A stretch of DNA of 56,742 nt, filler included, from Basidioascus undulatus (GCA_000826855.1; 4 parts of 4 records of this genome joined end to end with filler, not necessarily neighbours in it), one strand, 5' to 3'; shown: positions 37,960 to 50,680, counted from the whole stretch's first letter. A program made the numbers and translations. Notes: generated by a model not told the origin, from the sequence alone.

Positions 37960-38760
37960 TTAGTCCTCGCCCTGGCTGCGCGTCGCCGCGGCCACCGCGG
38001 ATCGCCTTGCCGCTCTCGAAGCCTGGCACTGCCTGTCAGAAGACTTTGCTTGAGAAGATTGTACCGATGCTTGCCTCTTTCTCATCCCGCTCAGCCTTCA
38101 TCTCGTCCACGCGCCGGAGGTTGTCCTTGTGCAGCACGTCCAGCTGCGCGACGTGCTGCTTCTTGATCTAACGTTTGCCCGAATTTCGACCAGGATAAGC
38201 AACGAAAAAAACAAGTGGTTCTCTCTCAGTAGGACGCACATCAAGATCCCTCTGTGCCTTCTCGAGCGCCGCCACGGCCTCGACGTGCTCGAGCTCGGCC
38301 GCAGAGTGCGCTTTCTTCGCCAGGTGCTCGAGGTGCAGGTTCCGAATATGGCTGGCACCGACGTCCACCCCAGCCTTTAGGCGCACAATCCCAGGCATAA
38401 AAATTCAGGACACTCAACTCGTCCATAGCCTTCTCCAGAGCCTTCCCAGTGCTCCCGACCGATTTCTCTTGCTTGTCTACCGTGGACCAGGCGTCCTTGA
38501 GGCGGCGGTCGTCGAGCTTTTGCTCCTTGGCAATAGCCTGAAAGCGGTTTCATGCGGATTTAGGGTGAATAGAGAACCTCAGGAAAGATGAAGACAGATG
38601 TGGCGCACCTTCTCGTGCTCTTTCACGAGCTTCTCTGCTCACACACGACAGTCGAGTCAATTGAGGGTCTCTTTTCGTCGCGCGGAAGACAGCAGGAATC
38701 TATACTCGTCAAATGCTCAGCACATATCACCTCAGGTACGGTGATGAACAAATCAGTCAT
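37960..38760 (-). CDS. Small coiled-coil hypothetical protein (start uncertain)
   Basis: Exons KLVKEHEK|AIAKEQKLDDRRLKDAWSTVDKQEK...ALEKAQRDLD|IKKQHVAQLD...EMKAERDEKE|ASRAARRSAV...ED*. GC-AG intron at 38023-38074. Confidence 0.65.
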
Positions 38761-39128
38761 TTTGGACGTGTGGCTGGGTGTGAGGAGGTGGGAGACCAAG
38801 AACAAGGTTCTGTTCTGTCGACGTTCGACTCCAGCGCTGCACAACACGTTTCAGCAGCGTCATTCTGTTTGTACCTCCGCTACCGTGTGCTAAAAACAAT
38901 TACTCTGGATCTGTCTGCCTTTCTTTGTGCCCGTTGGTTCTGTCGTCGGCTGCTCCCTTGCTTGAATTTACTCAACATTTGTTTCCAAAAGCAGCCATTT
39001 CCGTGAAAACTGGGCTACCATTGCCCACAATCTGTTGTGCTCAAGCAGAACATTGATAGCTGGCTACAACGCATCATTCAGCAAGATACACAACATTTTC
39101 CCACAACGCCCTCCCATTACAACCGGTT

Positions 39129-40076
39129 TCAAGCAGTGCCCGACCGCGCGAGGGCCACCCTGTCTGCCTCCTCGCCCCGCCCGACCGGGTCGCGCAAAGT
39201 GGCTCTTCTGTGTACTCGGTCCCGCTAAATCACACAAATCGTGTCAGATACCATGTCGAATCCGTTCAGGGAAGGACTGCAAAACTCACGTCGCCCTCAA
39301 ACTTGGACCCCATCGCGTCGTCTAGCTTCCTCACCGCGGCGCCCATTTCCTTCTCCCCCCAGGTCAACTTGGCCTGGAGTTCCTGCTCAGCCGGAACCCA
39401 GCAAACAATGAGTCTCCGATTTCATTCCCTCACGAAGCAACTGCCCACGCACGCGAACGAGCTTTGCTGAGTCCTCCGCCTCGCGCGATGCCCTCGCCCG
39501 GTTCGCCGCAGCCTTGTTCAGCGCGCTCTGGGCCTTGATCTCCGCCTTCTGCGCTGATACAAGGCGTTGCATCGCTTTGGAGTCGGACTACTTATCATAC
39601 CTCCCTCCCATGACAGCGCATATCTTGGAGGGAAGAGGATAGCGAGAAACAGGGCGACGCTGCAACGCACCTTTTCAGCCTTCGCCAAAGCCTTCTCGCT
39701 CCTCTCCGCATCCCTCACGGCGCGCTCGACCACCCGCCTGTCCCTCTCCGCCTCTCTCTCCAGGAGCTTCTCATACTTCTCTGACCTCCCGCCGGCCCAC
39801 CACGTATCAGCCCCCATCTCGCAGCCAAGTACAGTAGCGGCATTTAGAAAACGCACCAGTGTCCGAATGACTCGCCATGAGCCGCATGCCCATGATCGTT
39901 GTTCCTCTCCGCTTCAAGGGCGTCGCAGTGCCGCCGCTGAGCTTCCTCTCTGGGAGAGGCGGAGGCGGTCCGGGAGGGGCGACAACAGGCTCGGGCAGGC
40001 CCGGCGAGGTCGGCGATGTCGGCGAAGGCTGCGTGAAAGACGCGCCTTTCGGGTAGCTTGGGGGTGGGGCAGTCAT
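39129..40076 (-). CDS. Coiled-coil hypothetical protein with Pro-rich N-terminus
   Basis: MTAPPPSYP...|EKYEKLLEREAERDRRVVERAVRDAERSEKALAKAEK|...AQKAEIKAQSALNKAAA...|RDRVHRRATLRD...TA*. Canonical splice sites. Confidence 0.7.
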
Positions 40077-40566
40077 CGGGAGATGGGGAGATTGGGTAAA
40101 AGTAAAGCAGGAGGGAGAGGATCAGTACGAGAGAGTGGAAACCGGCAGAGGAGCTCAAATGGCGTGGCCGCGGATGCGAGCGAACGAAACCCTTTAAACG
40201 GCGGCAGCTCATTCGTGTGACGCAGTTTGTTTGTTTCGCCGCTGCCACAGGAGATGCTAGGTAATAGGCAAGCCCACACCAGAATATGTGCCACGAGGGT
40301 CGTCGCTGTGGCTGTTACCATCCACCTTGTCAATAGGCCACAGCGAAGTGCAACAGCCATGACCCCTCAGTTCTCGTCCTGCGTACACGACAGCCAGACA
40401 AGTAAACCCCATGAAATGCAAAAGCGTGTTCTTCAAATCAAATTCAAGGTCAATACAAAGCGCAATATAGACGAGTTCAAGTGGGTATCGATGCAAAGGC
40501 AAGCCTGACAGAAGAGCTAGTCGAAGAAGAAGTACGCGCAACGGGGAATGGACGACAGCCAAAACG

Positions 40567-42451
40567 TCAGTCGGCGCCGAGCGAGGAGCCGTTCACGTCG
40601 TCGTTCGAGTCGAGCAAGCTGGGATGGAGAGAGAATAAGACAGTCGAAGGACTGATTGAGAGGACGAAAATGTGGTGCGCACCTGTACTGCTTCATCAAT
40701 GTGCACTCCCCGCCGTTCTCAAGATCGATCGAGTACGAGTAGAAGTATCCTTCAGACGAGACGACCATGATCTGCGGGAGGGTCCTGCAGCCGCAGCACC
40801 AGTCGTGTCAATTGATCACGCCCTCCGGAAGGGAAACGGGGTAAACGCACGAGCTGATGCCGACGCGGGTCTCGACCCCGCGCTCGGGTAGCTTCGCAAA
40901 TGCAAAGTCGCGCGAGGGCTCCCACATCTCCGTCATCCCCCGCGGCAAATGCTTTGACAGCGAGCCGGCGCCCGAGGTGATTGCGCGGGACAAGCGCAAG
41001 GAGCGTTGGGAGAACGAGCTATGCAGACCACCGAAGAACAAGGTCAGCCAACCACGCGCGGAAAACAGTCGCAGAGGCACGATAACGTACCCGCTTCCCG
41101 ACGACCCCTTTCGGCGCCCGTCCACGAACGCCTCATACCCGCCGACCATGCCGCTCGTGCTCCCCGTCCGCCCCGTCCCCTCGCTGCCCTCGCTCCCATC
41201 CTCGCCCCCTGCGCCGCCCCTGCCCGCGCCCTCGAGCCCCTTGCCCAGCCGGAAGACGTGCACGGTATCCGTCGCGCTGCTCACGGCGAGGAGCGTGCTG
41301 ACCTGGTTGAACGCGAGGCTGTATATCCGCGCGGGGTAGCTGCCGCGGCGGAACTGGTAGAGCTTGTCGGCGGAGGGGAGCGCAAAGACGCGGATCACCG
41401 TGCCCTTGTCTGAGGCGGTCGCGAGCATCGTGGACGTACTGTTGAGCGCGAGGGAAGCGATGGGGGACTTGTGCGCGGAGAGGAGGTTGATCGCTTGTTG
41501 GGTCAGGGTGTCGAACTGCAGAGAAAGCAAGACGTCAGGAGCGCCGGGGGGACGGAGCACCGAGGATTCAGGACCCACGATGATGACGTCTCCTGAGCTC
41601 TGGGCGGGAGTGTGAGGGAGGGGAGGGGAGGATCCGGTGTTGAGGGAGCCGGATGAGGGAGCGGGGGAGGGGTAGACGAGGTAGGAGGGATCGGAAGACG
41701 AGGAAAGGGCGACAATCGCCTCGGGATTGGGCGAAGTGTCTGTGTTCCACAGGAGCTTCATGTTCTGCTCGGCCTCTCCGCGTCAGACCCGCCCTCCAGC
41801 ACTCGGTCCAGAGACCAAAATTGACATACCGAGATGTCGTACATGTAGATCTCCTGCTCAAGCACCACGACTAGGCGTTTCCGGTTCAGCTTCACGCCGA
41901 GGATTTTGGTCGGGAAGAGGAGTTCGCAGATGACACTTTGTCGCTGCAAAGACCCTCAAATTGTGAGCAAAGCCCCGAGACCGTGGACAAATTGGGGGAG
42001 AAGGAAAGGACGGACCTTGGTGTTGACGATCTGCAGCTTCCGCTCCGAGTTGGCCGCCGAGTCCGCCCCGCCCACCAGCGCAACCAACGAGGTGCAGAAC
42101 AGCATCTCTACGAGCGAGATGGATCCCTCATCTGAAAGCAAGTAGATTCCGTCGGCGCTGCGCTTACCCCCTGCACCCCCCACAGCTGCCACGCCGGCTG
42201 CGATCTCGGAGAGTCGCACCCTCGCCGTGCGCCGAGGCAACAGACTTACTTTTGCCATGTACCTTGCCATACGGGTCGCAGTTGGTGATTGCGTAACCTC
42301 TCTTGGTTCCCACCGAGATACAGCTGTCCTCGGCATCCGCCATCCCCAGCACGTCAGTCTCCACGCAGGCCAGGGGCCGAGCTCCGGCTCGGACGCACGT
42401 GTAGTCCTGGTTGAAGGCTACAAAGTTGAGATCGGGCGCGCTCTTGGGCAT
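40567..42451 (-). CDS. ATG18: Autophagy protein Atg18 (PROPPIN/WIPI beta-propeller)
   Basis: [77 protein letters not shown], phosphoinositide-binding FRRG motif, [13 protein letters not shown]. Confidence 0.97.
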
Positions 42452-43105
42452 TCTGAGCGCTCCCTGCGTGTGTCCGGTCTGTGTATTGGTGTAGAGTTGG
42501 CTACGGAGGATGAGAGTGACTGGTTCGGAGGTCGGAGCGCATCCCCAAGTCCACGCGGTATAGTGCCGGTGGCTGCACTATCGGCGCTGGAACTATCTGC
42601 CCCTTGCCGCCCATACTCTTACAGCCGACAGGATTGGTCTTTCCTTCCTTCTCCTGGCTCTCCCTCTTCCTTTCCTCCCGCTCAGCTCGTCTCTTGATTA
42701 AGTTCTTCAATCGTTCGCTATTTGTGAGTCTCTGGTCCGTTCTCTCTGGCCTGGGCGGGAGGGCGTGGGAGGAGAAGAAAGGACACAATGATGCATTCGT
42801 ACAACCACGACGTATGGCTAGTCCCTCCGGGGACGGTGAAGTCAATAATTAACCATCTTTCGGGGCTGAACCGTTGTCTCTTGAGGTTATATGCACGTTA
42901 GCAGATGAAGAAGTGAGCCTGGTCGCTGACATGCACTTGCAACGACCAACAGATATCTGCCTTCGGCAGGTCGAGTTTGTCGTCCGGGTGTACCCCACGA
43001 CACTGCCTCGTCGTTCCCCCTTTTTTTTTTGTACTGCCTCTAATATCCTTCCATTACATGCTTGCCGTGATGTTCTGTGTGCGAGTGACGGTACCACTGT
43101 TAGAT

Positions 43106-43205
43106 NNNNNNNNNNNNNNNNNNNNNNNNNNNNNNNNNNNNNNNNNNNNTTAATTAATTAANNNNNNNNNNNNNNNNNNNNNNNNNNNNNNNNNNNNNNN
43201 NNNNN
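43106..43205. other. Artificial contig-joining linker
   Basis: 44N-TTAATTAATTAA-44N. Confidence 0.97.
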
Positions 43206-44289
43206 CCCCCGCTCCCTCCCCCGCCTCTCCCCACCCGATCCCCTTCCACTCCCCCTCTTCCCTCAAGCCCCTCCACGCCCCGCACCCTCCCCCGGTCTCC
43301 CCCCTCCCGCAGCCCATCGTCGAGCGCCTCGTCATACCCGTCAAAGACCCGCTCGACCACTTTGCGCCTGCTATCTTGCACCGGCCCGGAGATGGGGCGA
43401 AGGGTGGGGGCAGGGCGGTCGTGCTTGTTAGTGGGGCGGGGGGAGGGGTGAGCGGGCCGAGCGGTGAGGACTGCGAAGGGATGTGGGAAGGATGGGGGCT
43501 GATGCTATGGGGAGGTGGGGAAAGGGATGTACCCCTCTATTGCGGACAAGCTCGCTGCGCTGGGGGTGCCGGCCGTTCGGTTGGACTATCGTGAGCCCGC
43601 ACGCACAAAGTGAGTTTCTCCTTACCTTTTCAATATGATCTACCTGCCGAAAACTTCAGAGACTCGTTACTATCTCAGGTACTGCGTCCCCGACCTGCAC
43701 GCCACCCTCGCTTACATGTCCGCGCACTTTGCCTCAACCGCCTTCGTGCTTGTCGGATGGTACCTTACAAACTCGCCATGGTAAAGAGAAGGAATATAAC
43801 TCATTTCACCCCACAAGGTCTTTCGGTTCCGCCCCCATCCTCACCCTCCCCACAACGCACCACCACCACCTGGCGGGGATCATCACGCTCGCGGGCCAAA
43901 CCGCCGAATGCGGCGGGATCCTCTCCCTCCCTCCAGTTCCCGCGCTCCTCATCCACGGCACCGCCGACACGTGCCTCCCGCCCCGGTGCGCGCGGACCCT
44001 CGAACAAATGTACAAGGAAGGCGACCCCCAGGGAAGGGGAGACGTGCGCGTGTGGATGGTCCAGGGCGACGACCACGGCTTTACGAGGGGGGCGGGGGAG
44101 GTGGAGAGGGGTGTGGTGCGGTTTGTGGGGGAGTGCTTTGAGAGGCGGGAGATGCCCGTTGGAAGGGGCGTAGGGGAGGAGGTTAGGGAACGGGTGGAGG
44201 GTGCGGAGGGAGTGCCGGGGGGAGGGGAGGAGAGGGTGCGGGTGATGAGGGAGGGGAGGGATTTGGAGGGTGGGGAGAGGATCGAGTGA
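43206..44289 (+). CDS. Alpha/beta-hydrolase (5' end truncated by contig start)
   Basis: VVLVSGAGGG, AVRLDYR, nucleophile elbow VLVGW|SFG, LLIHGTADT (Asp), DDHGF (His). Three canonical introns. Confidence 0.88.
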
Positions 44290-45533
44290 GGTCTGCAGGA
44301 GAGATTGGTTGAAACTCGCTTAATAAACAGTCGCCGGACAAAGACACGCTTGAGCTGACGATAAGCCTTGGTCCTCGATGGACTTTCGTTCACGCCCGTG
44401 CATCACAGAGAACGGTACTATTTCCCCAAACTTTATGGAGCGTCAAACTTGATGAAATAACTCTGACAAGGGAATCAACTTGTCTTTTGAGTGGACGGCG
44501 CACTGCTGGCCAGAGCACGCAGTTCCGCTTTCACGCTGGAATTTGGCTACCTAGCCAGAGAGCCGCGCGGGCAGGAACAGCAGAGCCCTGAGCGGTAATT
44601 TTTCTATAACTTGAGTCGTTTATTATTCAATTGCTATTGTACTGGGGGGGTCCGTCGGGAGGTCCGTCGGGACACAGCAGTATCCCCATCCCCTCCGAAA
44701 TGCCTATTCAGGCAAGCCCATCCAAGATTGGGGACTGCGCTAAACAGTTTCGCCTGGAATTTCTTACAGAAGACCTTTCATGTGTAAACCATCATTTCAT
44801 TCCCTCGTCCCTGTGAGGCTTTGGACGTGCGGGACCAGCCCCAATAGGACACGTACAATCCGCTCCGACATTGTTGAGAGCAAACCATTAAGCTACTGTC
44901 ATGATAATTCACTGTCTCTTGTAATACAGTAAGCTTGGATGCGCAGGCTCTGGATCTAGAATGAACCCCAAGGCTCTCCAAACTACGGAGTTGTGATTCA
45001 GTGTACAACATCGTGCGTTCTGCTGTCTGTTGTAAGTACCTTCTGGCGAGCATTGAAACTCGGAGGCTTTCCTCGCTACTCGGAACTTAAGAGAGGCCAT
45101 ACCCTTCAGCTTGTTGGGAGACACTCTCCAAGTGATGCGGAAGGAGTTCCGAGGCAGGCGTGAAGGAACTTCGCAGTTGCACCTTCGCGTGTTGACTGGT
45201 GTGTGATACCAATTGATGTGAAGGCCCATGCCTAAACTTTCGGTAATAATATGGGTCCTAAGGGAGTGTCACACTTTCGATAATTTGGAGCAACCACGTC
45301 TCAGGCCGCCGTCCTTTGCTCTCTACCCGCACCATCAACCCTTTCAGCACCAGCCGACCTTCCAACATGTTTGACCAGGATTACCATTCTGTTCTGAATA
45401 GTGTTCCCAAAAGGGTAATCTCCTCCACGTCCTTGCCGTCCCGCGGGAAGCACGTTGGCGCCGACGCTGTCTCCACGCCCCGAACCTCTTCCAGCCCACC
45501 TGGACGCTTGAGGACGATGAGCGCTACAGGAGA

Positions 45534-46045
45534 ATGAGCCACAAGCAGTTTTCCGAAGTGAGCAGTTGGGCTCTATCCGCGCTCGAGAGGCTCACAGCCC
45601 AGCGTGCACCGCGCGCGAACGCTTGGCAGCGTGGCGAGCTCGACGCCCGCTGCAACGAGAAACTTACACGGCTTCTCGAGAACATCGGGTTCATCTGGTC
45701 TATCATGTACAGACGGAACTGGTCGCCTGAGTGCTTCGCTGTTGTGGTCTTCTTTTCACATAGCTTACGCCGATGGGGACGCGGCCAGAACTCTACTTCT
45801 TCGCGAGGCCTTCGCCGCAGAGCAAGCTCGGGAGCGTGGGGTCAGCGAAGAGCAGGCTATGCGGGAGGTCCTGGATGCCCTGCGGAGCGTGAAGATTAAG
45901 TGCGCTCAAGTTGTCAACCCGTCTCCTCACTCAAGTCCTTCCAGACACGAGCTTCGGCTGACGCTGCGTCTCGGTTAGTCCTCACCCCAACCAGCGTCTC
46001 TTCCAACATGCGCCGCCGCCAGGACTGCCGCTCTTCTTGAAATAG
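45534..46045 (+). CDS. Possible small spliced hypothetical gene or gene relic
   Basis: GC-rich exon-like blocks (AYADGDAARTLLLREAFAAEQARERGVSEEQAMREVLDALRSVKI) bounded by GT/AG. I could not make the exon phases consistent. Confidence 0.3.
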
Positions 46046-46217
46046 TCAACTAGAATGTGTTAAGGAGCTCACTGGCAGAGGATGAGGGATATTTCCAGGT
46101 CGCAGGGGTGGACAAGATGAGTGAATTCATGGGTCGATTGGTGTGATGAGAGAAAGTCTCCAGCAACAGGCGCTGCTTTGGTAACCTTCCAGACGGCAAA
46201 ACCTTCCAGACGGCAAA

Positions 46218-47386
46218 CTAAAAAAGAGCTCCCACATATTCAGAGATGGTCCATAAATGAAAGTGAAAGCGGCTACAGCGATGCGCAACCTTCAATGCTG
46301 CCCATACCCGTGTCCGCCCTGTCCGTACAGCGCAGGACTCGGGGCCCAGGGCGTGCCATACGCCTTCCCCTGCCTCTTTGATAGGCTGGTACTGTGAATG
46401 CGCGGGCCGCAAAGTCTGGTACACCAGGGCGAGGACATGCGCCTCCTTGTCCCGCGGCTGGTCCGCATGGTCGTCGTCCAGCTGGTTCTGATAGGCGCGC
46501 GCGACGGACGCCACCCAGATGAGGAGGACGCAGGCGATGATTCCGATCTGTTCGAGCAAGAGAGAGAAGGGTGAGATCGAAGAGAGGGGCTTGGTGCAAC
46601 GAGGACGAACTGCAAGCATGCCGTACTTGCTGACGCTCTACAGAAGGAACAGTCAGCCTCAGGCGGCAGCATAGAACCCTAGCCAAGAGGACAAGTTTAC
46701 CACTGCAAGGTCGCAAACTTCATCCTTGATATCCGCCGCCTTCTTCAGCGCCTCGGTCGCCTTGTCCAAGTGCTCATGGTCCTGCAGCTTCGCCACGGCC
46801 TTGTCGAATTCGCTCTGAATAGCGTTCTCGCTGCAGATCCATCCGGTCCCTCAGAACCTGGGCGCAATGCGAGAATTAGAAGAAAGTGATCCGCAGGACG
46901 CACCAGCGCTTCTCGGTCTCCTCCGACTGCCGGAAGATCTCCACCAGGCTGTAGGTGTCGACGCGATCACGAGAGCGACGAAAATCATTGTCGTCCAGCT
47001 GTAGATGATAATGAGGCGGCGCCCGCGTATCAAGCACCCGATGAAGCCCAACACGCTAGCCACCGCCAACTGTGCGTCCACCCCGCCAACACGACGCGTC
47101 AGAACCGCCAGCCGAGTGCGACACGCAGAAGACGTGCAGCAGCGTAGATGACACCCGCGATGATGTACGCCGCCTTCAAGCTCGTTGGGGAGTCCTTCAG
47201 GCGCTTTGTAAGCGCGAACCCGCCCGCTGCGCCGAGGACCCCGATGATGACGGACAAGAACGAGAACAGGAGAGCCCCCAGCCGGGCGGGCTGCGGGACC
47301 ACTGCTATGTGAGCTCGGACACACAGAAGTTATCCACCGAGCAGGCTCACAAGGCAGCAGCAGAACTTGCGGTCGTTGCGTCCCAT
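46218..47386 (-). pseudogene. Four-TM fungal membrane protein (FCCCLPxRLG type, tetraspanin-like), frameshifted
   Basis: MGRNDRKFCCCL|PARLGALLFSFLSVIIG..., SVLGFIGCLIRGRRLIIIYS, a helical loop with Cys, and a final TM IGIIACVLLIWVASVARAYQNQL. The frame breaks near 46963. 3' end uncertain (46218 or 46292). Confidence 0.6.
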
Positions 47387-48612
47387 TGTGTAGAGCAGTT
47401 GAGGAGGGCAGACGAAGGTGGAAGGGAAGGTAAATGCGGGCTAACGCAACTTGCCTTCCACTCAGCTTTTGGGTTGTCGCAGCGCGGCACTGGAGGCACA
47501 GGAATCAATCTATATGTGCACCCGGAGATGCACGCGATGCGATGATTATTCCTGTGCAGGGCACATAGCCGACGTTACTAGCGGGCGCACTATCCGTAGG
47601 CAGTGTACGCCGTGTAACGGCGACGGTGCAACGCCCCTGCGCCCGTCGCGCTGCCACCGCACCGGCGGCGAGGTGAAGCCGCGAAGGTGGACGTCGACCT
47701 CGACGGCAGTTCTGGTGTCAAAATCACATCAATTTACTGTTAATATAGGAGCAGAATACATTCAATGTAATCTCCAAAGGACCGTTGTACCGCGATGTGG
47801 TACTGTTGTCCACGGCCGCCCGTCAAACGATGCCTCAGTGTATCAGGAGGGTTGGCTTGGGGACGAAATAATCTAATGTAGGTTTTGCATACCCAAACAC
47901 ACACTCCTGATAGGGATGGCTAGCTATGGTGCTTTGCGTTGCGGTATGATAGGTGTGCCAAGGCAGACACACCCATCGCACAAGTTCAAGTTCGGTCGAA
48001 GGACTACCATCGCCAAGGGGTGGATTTTGACCACCTGGTGTCCTTAGTTCTTGCATTTGCGGTCTTCATAGGGAAAGCCAAGCCCATGCTGGGCTTCATC
48101 CTAGGATGCCACTGCGTTTCGAAAGGTGAGACGCAACGCTGCAGAGGCACGGCTTGCGTCTTGCCTTTTTTCTTTCTTTTTCTTTCCGGACTAGATAGTT
48201 TGGAAAATTTTACAGTCTTTGCACATCAAATACCATATGAATACTTACTTTTCTATTGCCCAAGCTTAGTCGTCCTTTCGTCCAGTTCGGTCATCTCATC
48301 AGCCTGTAGTGTTTCAGGAGGGCGGCAGACTCCGCGGAGTTCCCCTTGACATGTGGCAACTCTGTTTGAGCCCGGAAGCTGGAAAGAGGGTCCAGTCCGG
48401 TATCAGGACGACTGTTATGAACCCTTGTTTTATTCAAAATATGTCCACTCTCTCGGCGCAGCTTCAGGTGATCGTCCCAGTCGCACATGTTCTCTCCTCA
48501 TCTTCAACACGTCTCCTTCCTCTAGGCTGGCCCGTATCCCTTATCGCTCAGCTGAGAGCGCTCACCTTCTTCGAAATAACCCACAATCATTTATCTACAC
48601 GTTCTTTATACC

Positions 48613-49653
48613 ATGTTTACTCTTCGGGCGGCGTCCGCTCCTCTTCTTGCCCTCAGCTTCGGGCCCGCGCTCGTCTTCGGGGGCCATACCATCACATTCA
48701 ACAACAACTGCGACCAGTGAGGGACTTGAGCGTCTATCCTAGACAAGGAAGGACTACTCACCTCCCCATCACGCTTTAGGACTGTCCAGCCGATGCTGAC
48801 GAGCATGGGCGGCACGCCGGCAAAGGGCGACGTCCTCTCGAAGGGTGGCGCCTGGTCGTACACCGTTGACGAGAACGTAAGTAAACAAGGGTGCTGAAGA
48901 CCTCTTCCAAGGCTTAAAAAGGATCTTTTCTTTCTAGTGGACCTCCGGTCGCGTGTTCGGCCAGACGGGCGGCTGCGCCGAGCCAGATGGCGGCGGTTGG
49001 TGCGTCTTCAGAGCGATCTTCCGCTCCACTCGTTTACGCTCATGCCTTGCTCGATGGAATTCATTCTTGAAAAGCACTCTCCTCGAATGCGATTTCTCCA
49101 CGAGCACGTGGCGCCAATGCAGTGCGGCATCTGCCCTCTTTCCCCACTTCCCCGGCTCGAGCTGAACTACTTCGCGCCAAACCCGCAGACCTCTCACGCG
49201 TCAGCGGATACAACGTCGCGATGTCTTTCGCCTTCTCGGGCGCGAACAGCACCTGCGGGGGCGTAGGCGCAACCTGGTCCGTCTCATAGCAATAAGCATC
49301 GCGATGAGCAGCGGCTGAGACGCTTTCGGACTTCGTGTAGCGCATCCCACGACTGCTCTTCGAGCGACGCCTGGGTGGCGGATATTGAGAACGGGGACTC
49401 CATCAAGCAGTGCAACGAGTCCGGCATCGGGATCACCGTGGACTTTTGCTCGAGCTCCTCAGGCGGCTTGACTGCCAGCGACTCGTCGTCAACCGTCAGC
49501 GCTTCGCCGACTTCCAACCCGTCGGTGCCGGACACGGCCACGTCGCCCGATGCAACACCCTCTTCTTCGATTGGTCTCGGGAGTGCGGTTCCTTCAAGCA
49601 CCGTATCCTGCCGTGCTCACGGGCGCCGTCGCCGTCTTCGTCTGCGGCACTGA
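48613..49653 (+). CDS. Secreted small thaumatin/osmotin-like protein with Ser/Thr-rich tail
   Basis: Signal peptide MFTLRAASAPLLALSFGPALVFG, then HTITFNNNC, WTSGRVFGQTGGC, CTLLECDF, NLSRVSGYNVAMSF, ITVDFC, an S/T/P linker and CRAHGRRRRLRLRH*. Five canonical introns, all in phase. Confidence 0.8.
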
Positions 49654-50127
49654 AGGCCGGCGGGTTCTGCGGCTGGAACCCCGACTACATACTTTCACGG
49701 CTGGTCCGCTTTTTTTATGTAGCTTTCTCTTGTTGATCAACTTGTCTGTACACATCACCCTCTCCGTCTGGGCCGAAAGATGATAGTGCAGTGTCACGAC
49801 CGGGGATACGTCTAGAGCGCCGTGATTGGTATTGCACATAAGCATCCTCCGAAGGTAGTACTTGGTCCGCAAGAGAGTATGCACTGTCAACACATAGGTG
49901 ATGCACCCGGTGAATGTCCGAGGCGTCATGTTCTCTCGCTTACACCTACGCTCGATTGGATCCGCTGCCTTGCTTTGCCTTTCGCCACACCCCGCTTCAA
50001 GAGTTTTTGCTGGAGCGTGCACCGAATACTTCCTCTCAAAGCCACTCGCTTTGCTGTCAGCCGCGCACCTCTCTCTCACCCCAATGTTGGAGTGGGACCG
50101 CCCCAGAGGGACCGCCCCACGTTCACA

Positions 50128-50680
50128 CTCGACGGCACCGTCCGCTTCCCAGCCACCGAGCTCCTCAACCTCGCGCCCGAGATTCTCGAATATCAATACA
50201 AAGCAGCCGAGGAATATTTCAAAGCTGTGGGATCGAGGATAGTGGATAACGTTACTGACGTCGAGACTATCCTCTACTGCATCGACCCGGTGTACGACAA
50301 GGAGGTATGGCAAAGAGAGCCGCCGCGGCGAGACAACCAAGTAAGTGCCACCACATACAGAAGGGGGGAATTAAACTGGGGGGCAATGTCAATTACCCCT
50401 GGTCCTGCTTCATGCAGATGCTAGCCCGCCCGAGGAATACCGCGAGGAAGAAGTTGCCAACTCCGCCGACCACAGAACGCGCCTCAGCGAGCTCTTGGAG
50501 CTCGGAGACTTTTCCAAGGCGCCTTATGTGGTTCCCAAGGCGGTCTAGCGCCGACGTCGGTCGCAGCCGGCGGACATGAGCCCCGCTGACCGCGCCAGGG
50601 AGGATGGCTTGCTTGATTTTCTTGTCTTCCTGAGCGGGAATCACAATCGGGCGGCCATACTCAAGTTGGTGACTGAATGA
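50128..50680 (+). pseudogene. Copy 1 of a tandem-duplicated unknown gene (premature TAG)
   Basis: LDGTVRFPATELLNLAPEILE..DVETILYCIDPV..RLSELLELGDFSKAPYVVPKAV*..LLDFLVFLSGNHNRA..LVTE*. TAG at 50546-50548 where copy 2 has CAG. Confidence 0.7.

Noticed and set aside
46184..46217. 17-bp direct duplication ACCTTCCAGACGGCAAA x2
   Set aside because: Ordinary slippage duplication with no associated element.
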